Made by a program: the position numbers and the translations under genes
IMG/VR virus record: IMGVR_UViG_3300021085_000042
Coordinates: 1 to 53,295 of that record
Length of the DNA: 53,295 nucleotides
Source of the DNA: a virus
Lineage: Duplodnaviria > Caudoviricetes
Direction: 5' to 3' (one strand)
Shown here: one piece after another, positions 45,484 to 53,295 of the stretch
How positions within the stretch are numbered: the first letter of the stretch is position 1
How the letters are laid out: every line of letters starts with the position of its first letter
Notes under the pieces: generated by a model
What the model was told of the DNA's origin: nothing
Databases searched by the model: none
The model's input: only the letters and a program-made list of their open reading frames with translations

Positions 45484-46944
45484 CTAATCTCCCTTTATGT
45501 TAACATTATATATACGAAATTCAAAACCTTCTTCGTTGTAGACTTTCACTCTTTCCATAAAATGTTTAGTTGCAAAGTTCTTACTACTCTTCCACTGTAG
45601 ATCATCAACTATATCATATAGAGTGGCTTTAGTGTTATCTTTACTTTTACGTAATACACGACCTATTGATTGTAAGTTTCGTATCTTCGATTTACTAGGG
45701 CTTGCAAAGACGATATTATCCAAACGCTTAATATTAACACCAGTGCTGAAAGTACCATAACTAGCGAGAATAATATTATTATTGCTTGACTCAACCAAGT
45801 GCCTAACTGCTTCACGCTCGTCAGCACCAACACCTCCGTAGATAAAGTGTACGGTTTTGTTACCTCCCTCAAGCATCGGATGCAGTATCTTGCCGTGCTT
45901 TTCAACGAACTGAAAAAGGATAAGTGTGTTTCCTTCGAGGCTATGTGCGAGGTTTCTGATGTATTTGTTTCTTGCTTCATTGCCAACTATCCAGTCAATT
46001 TCTTCTTGATAACTCTTATTCTTATTTAGCTTCCTAATTTCATCAGGGTATTGAAGAACGATTGCAGTGATGCCAAAGTCTGCGAGTGTGTTATCTTCGA
46101 TGAGTTTCTTAGTCTTTGTGACTTCATAGACTGATCCAAAAAGACCTTCTAATACAAGTTTATGTGTCTGAGTACCATCTAATGTACCAGTAAACCCATA
46201 TCTATATTGACACTCAGGCATTTTTTCTAGTACTTTAGTCAGCGACTTAGCCTTAAACAAGTGAGCCTCATCTCCTACTACAACGTCAAACTTAGCGAAC
46301 CAATCCTTTCGTAACTTGTACACAGATTGCCAAGTTGTGATGGTTATATCTGCGTCAACATTCTTATCGATGCCACCACGAATTTTATGTATTGACAACT
46401 CGTTACCATTGTTATATTCAACAAAGTCTGAAGCCATTTGCTCGACTAGTGAAGTAGTTGGTACAACAATCAAAACCTTTCTGTCGTGGGCATCTACGTG
46501 AAAACGAGTTAGTAGATATATGATGAAAGATTTACCAGATGCAGTTGGCGATAAAAGCATTGCTCTTTCACTACGTAATGCATGAACAACTGCTTCATTC
46601 TGATAGTCACGTGGCACAAATGGTGAATTGAATTCTTTTGCAAGTTGCATACCAGCATCATCATTTACTACATTGTTAGGCACTAAGCCCTTATCAATCG
46701 TTACGTGATACTCTCTTGTATTACAGAACTTGAGTATGTACGGGATTAGTCCAGCATAGATCATGCCAGTCATTGTGTTCAATAGACGTATCTTGCCGTC
46801 CCAAACTTTGTTTCGAACAGCAGGCATGAACTTAGCACCAGGCACTTCGAATGTGAAGTACTCGCTCATTTCCATTTTGATCCCTGGGTCAGCGTTTACT
46901 CTTATGTAAACGTCATCGACCTTTTCAATACTCACGTTATCCAT
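45484..46944 (-). CDS. uvsW: SF2 helicase UvsW
   Basis: SPTASGKS, GDEAH, TGT, LQSIGRVLR. Confidence 0.95.
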   Translation of the reverse strand: MDNVSIEKVDDVYIRVNADPGIKMEMSEYFTFEVPGAKFMPAVRNKVWDGKIRLLNTMTGMIYAGLIPYILKFCNTREYHVTIDKGLVPNNVVNDDAGMQLAKEFNSPFVPRDYQNEAVVHALRSERAMLLSPTASGKSFIIYLLTRFHVDAHDRKVLIVVPTTSLVEQMASDFVEYNNGNELSIHKIRGGIDKNVDADITITTWQSVYKLRKDWFAKFDVVVGDEAHLFKAKSLTKVLEKMPECQYRYGFTGTLDGTQTHKLVLEGLFGSVYEVTKTKKLIEDNTLADFGITAIVLQYPDEIRKLNKNKSYQEEIDWIVGNEARNKYIRNLAHSLEGNTLILFQFVEKHGKILHPMLEGGNKTVHFIYGGVGADEREAVRHLVESSNNNIILASYGTFSTGVNIKRLDNIVFASPSKSKIRNLQSIGRVLRKSKDNTKATLYDIVDDLQWKSSKNFATKHFMERVKVYNEEGFEFRIYNVNIKGD

Positions 46945-47378
46945 TAAGCACCTGTTCTAAACCGCTCCCAGTCTATAATTGATTTGATTTGAAATCCACG
47001 ATTGTTTATCTGCTTGATGATAGACTCAAGGTACTCTACCTTTTGCTCTTGCGCTCCAATCTTAAGAGAAGCGTCAATGATGTCATCATCAGAGTCAATG
47101 TAAGACGGAATGTCTTGTCTCAGTATCTTTAATGGTTGCGGTTCCCATCCATACTGCTTTAACTCAGTAATGTCTAGTTCGCCTCTATAATACTCAGTCT
47201 TTAACTTGTGCAGTTTTTTGTAATCAGCCTTCATCTTCTTTAAGAGATATCCTTCTCCCATATAGAACTTGAAGTACTTGTTGTGTAGTTTTGGTATCTC
47301 AGAGGATTCTCTAGATATGTTGATGGTGTCCACTGGTCCATCTTTTTCCCATTCTTTAATAATATCATCTATCTTCAT
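46944..47378 (-). CDS. uvsY: Recombination mediator UvsY
   Basis: WEKD, IPKLHNKY, RGFQIKSIIDWERF; promoter TTGACT-N17-TAGACT at 47415-47443. Confidence 0.9.
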   Translation of the reverse strand: MKIDDIIKEWEKDGPVDTINISRESSEIPKLHNKYFKFYMGEGYLLKKMKADYKKLHKLKTEYYRGELDITELKQYGWEPQPLKILRQDIPSYIDSDDDIIDASLKIGAQEQKVEYLESIIKQINNRGFQIKSIIDWERFRTGA

Positions 47379-47445
47379 AATATCTCCATAATTAAGTACA
47401 TGTGCAACTATACTAGTCTACACTATATTCAGTAAAAAGTCAACT

Positions 47446-47964
47446 CTAAACTGTAATGCTATAGCCGCTATATTTAAACGTCACATCAAATGTAGGTGGT
47501 ACTACGTCTGTATCACTAGTATTTAGCTGTATTGGTCCAATGCTAATTGGGAATACGTCTTTGAACAATAGTTTGATATTAGAGTTTTTGTTGCTATCCA
47601 TTATGATCAAACTAGCGTCTGACATAGCGCCTTTACCATCTGATGTGACTTTAGTTGCACCGCCGACAGTAGGAGCATTGAGTCCTGCGTATCCTTCAAA
47701 TCCCTCAGCACGTGTAACTGCATGTAGCCAATCCCAGCATTCTCTGAATGATGCAAGATTTTCATCAGCAACGAGAGTAGCATTTAAATCATCAAAGATA
47801 AGCTTATCACCAGGCGTGTAGACGTTTTTAAACGGAGTCGGTCTCTCTGCGGCACCAGAGTTAATACCAGGCACGTTGATCTGTTGAACATAGAACTCTG
47901 TGTTAGGCAATCTATTGATTATTAACTTGAACTCTACTGGTGATAAAAAGTTTGATGTTGACAT
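47446..47964 (-). CDS. gp3: Tail completion/sheath stabiliser gp3-like protein
   Basis: NFLSPVEF, QQINVPGI, F.DVFPISIG; position after gp23; TATAAATA at 47993-48000. Confidence 0.75.
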   Translation of the reverse strand: MSTSNFLSPVEFKLIINRLPNTEFYVQQINVPGINSGAAERPTPFKNVYTPGDKLIFDDLNATLVADENLASFRECWDWLHAVTRAEGFEGYAGLNAPTVGGATKVTSDGKGAMSDASLIIMDSNKNSNIKLLFKDVFPISIGPIQLNTSDTDVVPPTFDVTFKYSGYSITV

Positions 47965-48004
47965 GATATCCTCTATCAAAGTTGTATAGTACTATTTATA
48001 TAGC

Positions 48005-48076
48005 GTATGGTAGACGATAGCGAACTTTAGCGGGTCGCCTCTATTAAGTATCACGCCCCATGATACTCTGCCATAC
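48005..48076. ncRNA. Candidate structured element between two late promoters
   Basis: Closing stem GTATGGTAGA/TCTGCCATAC encloses GCGA/TCGC and AGTATCA/TGATACT hairpins; TATAAATA at 48082-48089 on minus. Confidence 0.4.
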
Positions 48077-48094
48077 TGTTATATTTATACAGAC

Positions 48095-48122
48095 AAAAAA
48101 AAGAGGCTCCGAAGAGCCTCTT
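48095..48122 (-). terminator. gp23 terminator with cUUCGg tetraloop
   Basis: AAGAGGCTC-TTCG-GAGCCTCTT then a T run. Confidence 0.9.
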
Positions 48123-48174
48123 AAAGTGAGTTGGGTTATTTCTAATCTTCCCGATCAGAGTCCCAATCTTATTT

Positions 48175-49443
48175 TTATAGCAAGTTAGTAACTGCTGTAC
48201 GTCTGTAGTAGACGTTAGAGTTGGCAGTAAGTGCGCCAGATCCAACAGTTGCACCTTGTGCGAATGGGTTAGAAACCATTCCGTAACGAGTTTTGAAGCC
48301 CAGTTTTGACTGGAAGCTGTTCTCGCCAACTGCACGAACCATTTGTAACGGTACATATGGGCAATAGAAAAGACCAGCATCGAATGCGCTAGAACCTTTA
48401 TAACCTACTACCATGTAGTTTGCACCGGCATATGGATCGATGTACACTCTAAAGCGACCGTTAAGAACACCAGCAAATGTGTTGCCTGTGTCATCTGGGT
48501 TCAAGTTGTTAGAGTTAAGTGCTGGAGTGTAATCAAGAACGCCAGCCATTTGAAGTGCAGAAGCAACATCAGATGAACATACGATCATGTTACCTTTTCC
48601 TCTACGAGTGTCTTTAGCGATTTGATTCGCTTCTTTCTCGATTTGGAACATCAAGCCCTTGAACTTCTCTACTGACCAACGGCCATTAGCGTCAACGTCA
48701 AGATTGAAAGTACCGTTAGATGCTACTCCGCCTTGTGAACCAGCTTTAGCATTCGTGTAAACTGTACGAATTACTTCACGGTTAATTTCAGCAAGCAACT
48801 CAGCAGACAACATGTTTGCTAACTCAGTCTCAGCATCCAAACCATGGATAGCTTTAAGGTCTTGAGCAAGCTCAGTTGTGTACTCAGCTTTCAAAGCACG
48901 TGACTTAGCAGTCACAGACACTTTTTCGATAGAGAAAGACATTTGAGCAAATGCGTTATTAGTCGCATCGCCAAGTGCTTCTGCATCAGCAGTAGCCATA
49001 CCAGTACCAGTTGTTTCTGATCCTGCACCCAATGCGTTAGCATGAGTACCAGCACCGGAGTAATCGGTATCTGCTTCGCCGTAGAAGGCTTCTGGCTTAC
49101 CAGATGTGTCTTCGTACTTAGAACGCATAGCGAAGATCAAGCCAGTTGGGCCAGTCATCGGCTGTACGCCTGCGATATCATATGCAACCAAGTTAGGCAT
49201 TGCACGGCGTACTAGTGAAATCAGTACGGGGTTGTAGTTTTGCACATCAGCAGTTGAGTTAGCTGGTGCGGCTTCCGAAAGCAAAGATCCAGATGTTCCA
49301 AGGCTTTCACCTTCTCGCATGGATGTTTCTGTATTCTCCAAAAGAGTTGCCGTTACGGCCGCTCTGTGAGAATCTTGGATGCCGGGCAGAGCGCCATGCT
49401 CTAGAATCGGCTTCCACTTTTGCATTAGTTCTTCATTTCTCAT
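48175..49443 (-). CDS. gp23: Major capsid protein gp23
   Basis: GVQPMTGPTGLIFAMR, SRALKAEY, YCPYVPLQM, GFKTRYG; TATAAATA at 49478-49485. Confidence 0.97.
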   Translation of the reverse strand: MRNEELMQKWKPILEHGALPGIQDSHRAAVTATLLENTETSMREGESLGTSGSLLSEAAPANSTADVQNYNPVLISLVRRAMPNLVAYDIAGVQPMTGPTGLIFAMRSKYEDTSGKPEAFYGEADTDYSGAGTHANALGAGSETTGTGMATADAEALGDATNNAFAQMSFSIEKVSVTAKSRALKAEYTTELAQDLKAIHGLDAETELANMLSAELLAEINREVIRTVYTNAKAGSQGGVASNGTFNLDVDANGRWSVEKFKGLMFQIEKEANQIAKDTRRGKGNMIVCSSDVASALQMAGVLDYTPALNSNNLNPDDTGNTFAGVLNGRFRVYIDPYAGANYMVVGYKGSSAFDAGLFYCPYVPLQMVRAVGENSFQSKLGFKTRYGMVSNPFAQGATVGSGALTANSNVYYRRTAVTNLL

Positions 49444-49490
49444 TGTGGTTCTCCTTTTTTGAGATTTTACTTAGTATTATTTATAAAAAT

Positions 49491-50423
49491 TTATTTTGCG
49501 GCAAAGCGGCCAAGCGATTCCGCATAACGAGCAACATCTGGGTCAACATATGTTACTTGCTCTGCTTCTTCCGCAGTCTCTTCTTGTAGAAGATCGGTTT
49601 CGTCTTCTTGCACAGGAGCAGGAGCTTGTTCAGCAAAGTAAGAAGTTTTAATAGCTTCCATCTTAGTTGCAAACTCTTCTACTGATTCGTAAGACACGCC
49701 TTCTGAGAGAACACGCAATTTTTCGACTTGAGTGTCTGTTAAGTCCTCAGAAATAGTTTTGAATGCGATATCAATATCAGACTTTTCTTTCGCTTCACGA
49801 ACTTCAATCATTTGCTCAACGATGTCGTTGTACTTAGAAGTAGACTCTTCGAGTTTAGCTTCCAATTCTGCAACTACATCGACTTGCTCATCATCGATTT
49901 CCATGTTATGCTCAATAACAAGACCTTTGATACTAGTTAAAAGAGATTCAGCGACTTCAACTTTAATGTTGCTTTCGACTTCAACCTTGTTGTCTTCCAT
50001 CCAGCTTTCTACAACGTAGTCTAGATATTGGTCAACTTTTTCAACTAACTCGTCTACAGTAACATTAACTTGCTCCTGCAGATCACTTTCAAACTTTTCT
50101 TCAAGTGAGGCTTTCTCAGCAGTCACTTTCTCTTGTACAGCGGCTTCGAAGATAGCTACTGTTTGTGTTTTAAAATCTTCAGACAATTCGGTGCCTTCAA
50201 ATAGACGCTCGACTGCTTCTTTCAGTCCTTCGTCATTTGAGCCCTGTGGTGTTTTAACATCGTCTTCGATGTTATCTGCTTTTGGATCGGCTGCCTTTTT
50301 AACATCGCCTTTACGCTTTTTTACAGCGCCACCAGCGGGTGTTACAGGATCAGCCGCAACAGAATCTTCACCAGTTGCTTTGGCTTCGTCCAAGTCTAGA
50401 TTTTTCTCTAGTTCTTCACTCAT
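49491..50423 (-). CDS. gp22: Prohead core scaffold gp22
   Basis: LSEDFK...IFEAAV, KVDQYLDYVVESW; TATAAATA at 50460-50467. Confidence 0.9.
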   Translation of the reverse strand: MSEELEKNLDLDEAKATGEDSVAADPVTPAGGAVKKRKGDVKKAADPKADNIEDDVKTPQGSNDEGLKEAVERLFEGTELSEDFKTQTVAIFEAAVQEKVTAEKASLEEKFESDLQEQVNVTVDELVEKVDQYLDYVVESWMEDNKVEVESNIKVEVAESLLTSIKGLVIEHNMEIDDEQVDVVAELEAKLEESTSKYNDIVEQMIEVREAKEKSDIDIAFKTISEDLTDTQVEKLRVLSEGVSYESVEEFATKMEAIKTSYFAEQAPAPVQEDETDLLQEETAEEAEQVTYVDPDVARYAESLGRFAAK

Positions 50424-50471
50424 TTGGTTTCTCCTTTAATAGTAGGTGTTTATCTATTATATTTATAAAAA

Positions 50472-51167
50472 TCATGTTTTTGACAATGAACTTACAAATT
50501 TTTCGAAAAGAGCGGCCGCCTTGATCTCTAGTTCCCTAGTAGATACTTTAGCAGTCTCTTTGATTTCCTCTTCAATCTGATCAAATGCATTTGCCATTGT
50601 CCACGAAGAAGATGCTACATCATAGATCCAGTCAACGCCTTCCATAACACCCTTAACGAATGCATCTGGAGCTGATGGATCTGCAACGATATCTCCGGCA
50701 GTAGCTAACATAAAGTCGCTCTGCACTTCCATAACGCCATCTTTATTCTGCTTAATAGAACCCATACCACGTGAAGAGATCCCTACGAGACCGCCCTCAT
50801 CAATAAGATTTTTAACAATCTTACCCATAGGAGTTTCCATTATCTTTGCTCTTCCAACAATGTTAGAGCCTTCTTTTTTTAAATCTGTAAACATGTGAGA
50901 CACACGATCTAGATTGATAGTAGGACCAGCAGGATGACCCAGTTCTCCGTATGCTCTATTTTTAGAAACATAAGATTCGTTGTAACGCTTAGTTTCTGCT
51001 TCTAAAATAGTAGCAGGATATAAACGTCCATTTCTGTTTTTGATATCACCTTGCATGATGATACCTTCAATGAAATAATTCTTTCCGGTCTTTTCGCCTT
51101 CTTCGTTTATAATATCTTCTTTGAGATACTGAACGTCTTCAACGATTTCTTTGATTAGTAATGTCAT
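50472..51167 (-). CDS. gp21: Prohead protease gp21
   Basis: KNRNGRLYP, GELGHP, ISSRGMGS, DIVADPSAPDAFV. Confidence 0.95.
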   Translation of the reverse strand: MTLLIKEIVEDVQYLKEDIINEEGEKTGKNYFIEGIIMQGDIKNRNGRLYPATILEAETKRYNESYVSKNRAYGELGHPAGPTINLDRVSHMFTDLKKEGSNIVGRAKIMETPMGKIVKNLIDEGGLVGISSRGMGSIKQNKDGVMEVQSDFMLATAGDIVADPSAPDAFVKGVMEGVDWIYDVASSSWTMANAFDQIEEEIKETAKVSTRELEIKAAALFEKFVSSLSKT

Positions 51168-51168
51168 G

Positions 51169-51627
51169 TCACTTACCTGCCGTCATTGCAAATTGAACGA
51201 TCTGCATAAACTTTTTACTATCGTCTAGCATGCCTTCAACTTTCTTTTTATTAGATCCATTCAACTGCTTGTGCATTGAAAGAATCATTGATGCTGTGGT
51301 TAAGTCGACCTTTTGCTTTTTACCGTCTTTAAACTTAACTTGTCCAATTGACTTTCTTTTTACGATACTAGCTAAATCTTCAAGAACACCTTCAACAATG
51401 ACCTCTTCTTCAGCTTCAACGTCTTCGTAGACTTTCTTATCTTGACCTTCTTCACGATCAGCTTCACGCTTCTTTTTCTTCTTACCCTTGATCTCGCCAG
51501 AAAACTGATCATCTGGTGCGACAGGATGGTCACGCTTGTCAACGATATGTTTGTCTAAAAAATTCTGCTCATCTGGAGACTTTGGTTTATCTGTAGTCTC
51601 AGCAAGCATTTCCTTAAAGCTTTTCAT
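51169..51627 (-). CDS. Prohead core protein (gp68 position)
   Basis: Synteny; MKSFKEMLAE N-terminus. Confidence 0.6.
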   Translation of the reverse strand: MKSFKEMLAETTDKPKSPDEQNFLDKHIVDKRDHPVAPDDQFSGEIKGKKKKKREADREEGQDKKVYEDVEAEEEVIVEGVLEDLASIVKRKSIGQVKFKDGKKQKVDLTTASMILSMHKQLNGSNKKKVEGMLDDSKKFMQIVQFAMTAGK

Positions 51628-51636
51628 TGTTGCCCC

Positions 51637-51831
51637 TTACTCTTCGGTTGTTTCCGCTTCTACGTCTACCTCAGGCTCTTCTATTTCTTCTACCTTGCCT
51701 GAAGGATACATGTCAGCATATTTTGTTTCGATAGCAGATGTCATTTTGTCTGCCATAATATCTTGGAACTTAGACTCAAACTCTGTTGCATCTTTGTCCA
51801 TCGCATGTTTAATTAAATCTTTCACACTCAT
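51637..51831 (-). CDS. Prohead core protein (gp67 position)
   Basis: Small acidic ORF after the portal gene. Confidence 0.65.
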   Translation of the reverse strand: MSVKDLIKHAMDKDATEFESKFQDIMADKMTSAIETKYADMYPSGKVEEIEEPEVDVEAETTEE

Positions 51832-51881
51832 TTACTATCTCCTTATCTATATAACTTTATTTATATTCTTTTACAACTAGT

Positions 51882-53294
51882 CTATACAATCTTATGTTCT
51901 GCGCCGAAATCCATGTCTGAACTAGAATCATCGTCATTATCAGAATCTCTTTCTTCTTCATCCTTAATGTCTTTATCCATAGTCTCGATTTCGTCTTCGT
52001 TCATATATAGCACATTCTTGCGTACCCAATTTTGTGAGTAATACTTGCCTGTGTACTCATCAATATCTCTGAGTAGTCCTAATCGTTCTCTTAAAATCTC
52101 ACTTGTTTTCAATTCTTCAAAGTGATTATCACTCATGAAGTCATAACGGAGATTAGATTGAATTGTAGCCCAATCTTCAGGAGCAATCACTCCCTTTAAA
52201 ATTAATTGCTTCTCTAGTAATTTATCAAATAGAGTAGAGAACCTTGCTCTTAGTCTACTAATAAACTTACTAAACTTGATCTCATCTCTTGAAATCTCTG
52301 ATGCTCTTCCTAAAGAAAATCCTGCATCAGATTCCATTCTTGAAATGGGAACGTTCAAGGCTTTCATCAAACGTTTCTGAAAATACAGTACGTCATCTAA
52401 TTCGCCTAAATTCTGTCCACCTGGTAGAGTAGTAATCTCTGTCCCTCTACCGCCTTCACGTCTTGGTAACCAAAAATCGTCCGTCATAGACATATGCCTA
52501 CGATCATCTTTAACATCGCCTGTTGCCATATCATAGACTACACGATTTTTGTGTTTAGTCATCATATCACGTAGATACTGTTCTGCCTTCATCTTAGGCA
52601 AATTACCTACATCGATGTAAAAGATGCGTCTTTCAGGCGCTCTTGAAATTCTGTAAATAACAACTGCGTCTTCCATCATACGCAACTGATTCAAAGGCTT
52701 ATAAGCCTTGTGTAAATGTGATAGTACTAGTGTACTATTTTCGTTAAGTAGTCCAGAGTTGGCATTTACGATTGAGTCTTTTGCAATCTTAAGACCTGCC
52801 ATTCCTCCCTGAGTACTACCATCTGCAAAACTTTGTGGCTTACTGCCACTGATATTATTGAATCCCTTCTCGCTATAAACATAATATTCGTTCTTAATCT
52901 TCTTCGCTATTGCTTGGTTGTCGTTTTGTCCAATTTTTTCGTTTTTATACTCACGTACTTTCCTAAGCTTGCGAGGATCAATATATCGTAATTCTTGAAT
53001 GCCCTTCTTAGGAGCTTTAATATCAATCATAACATGATAATTGATTCTTCCGTCAACATACCATTTTTGAAAAGTTTCATACCCAGTATTAGAAAAATCT
53101 AATAACTTAAGTACACCGTCAAACTCTTCTCTAATCTTTTTCTTAATGTTGTCAGGCTGTTCTAAATCGTCTGTAACGCACTCTACAACTTTTTGATCGT
53201 TTGTTATAGAGATTGCTTCATTTACTACATCATCGATAGCTTGAGATACCTCAGGCTGTTGCATCATAGTTCTATATTTCTGTACAAGTTCTGC
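51882..53294 (-). CDS. gp20: Portal protein gp20, 5' end outside window
   Basis: WYVDGR, YRISRAPERRIFYIDVGNLPK, DFWLPRREGGRGTEI. Confidence 0.97.
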   Translation of the reverse strand, partial: AELVQKYRTMMQQPEVSQAIDDVVNEAISITNDQKVVECVTDDLEQPDNIKKKIREEFDGVLKLLDFSNTGYETFQKWYVDGRINYHVMIDIKAPKKGIQELRYIDPRKLRKVREYKNEKIGQNDNQAIAKKIKNEYYVYSEKGFNNISGSKPQSFADGSTQGGMAGLKIAKDSIVNANSGLLNENSTLVLSHLHKAYKPLNQLRMMEDAVVIYRISRAPERRIFYIDVGNLPKMKAEQYLRDMMTKHKNRVVYDMATGDVKDDRRHMSMTDDFWLPRREGGRGTEITTLPGGQNLGELDDVLYFQKRLMKALNVPISRMESDAGFSLGRASEISRDEIKFSKFISRLRARFSTLFDKLLEKQLILKGVIAPEDWATIQSNLRYDFMSDNHFEELKTSEILRERLGLLRDIDEYTGKYYSQNWVRKNVLYMNEDEIETMDKDIKDEEERDSDNDDDSSSDMDFGAEHKIV

Positions 53295-53295
53295 T

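Noticed and set aside
48051-48380. 109-aa minus-strand ORF
   Set aside because: Out-of-frame overlap with gp23 and runs through its terminator
1395-51880. Numerous plus-strand ORFs in the ORF track
   Set aside because: All are antisense shadows of well-supported minus-strand genes, with no recognisable motifs

Overview
A 53 kb segment of a T4-like (Tevenvirinae/marine T4-like myovirus) phage genome. Almost everything is on the minus strand and is read here right to left. Head morphogenesis: portal gp20 (truncated), gp67, gp68, gp21, gp22, gp23. Recombination and late transcription: gp3-like, uvsY, uvsW, gp55, gp47, gp46. Next comes a putative DNA-glycosylation module (cytidylyltransferase, GT-B, GREB1/TAGT-like GT-A), three small early genes, DexA and a dATP/dGTP diphosphohydrolase. 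The replisome block follows (gp45, gp44, gp62, regA, dUTPase, hsp20, ATP ligase, gp43, uvsX, gp41), then IscU. A ~14 kb late-promoter region encodes proteins with T4 capsid-targeting-like N-termini and gp21-type cleavage motifs, plus a GH19 endolysin and a DUF1127 cluster. The left end holds primase and nucleotide metabolism (frd, td, nrdA-Grx fusion, nrdB, cd) and a truncated SET-domain gene. No tRNA, CRISPR array, intron or intein was recognised. Best leads: two glycosyltransferases with sliding-clamp-type motifs; a capsid-packaged effector/polyprotein locus; a promoter- and terminator-bounded structured plus-strand RNA; a ROSE-like thermometer on hsp20; and a DUF1127 mini-operon. All family calls are by-eye motif recognition, not database searches.
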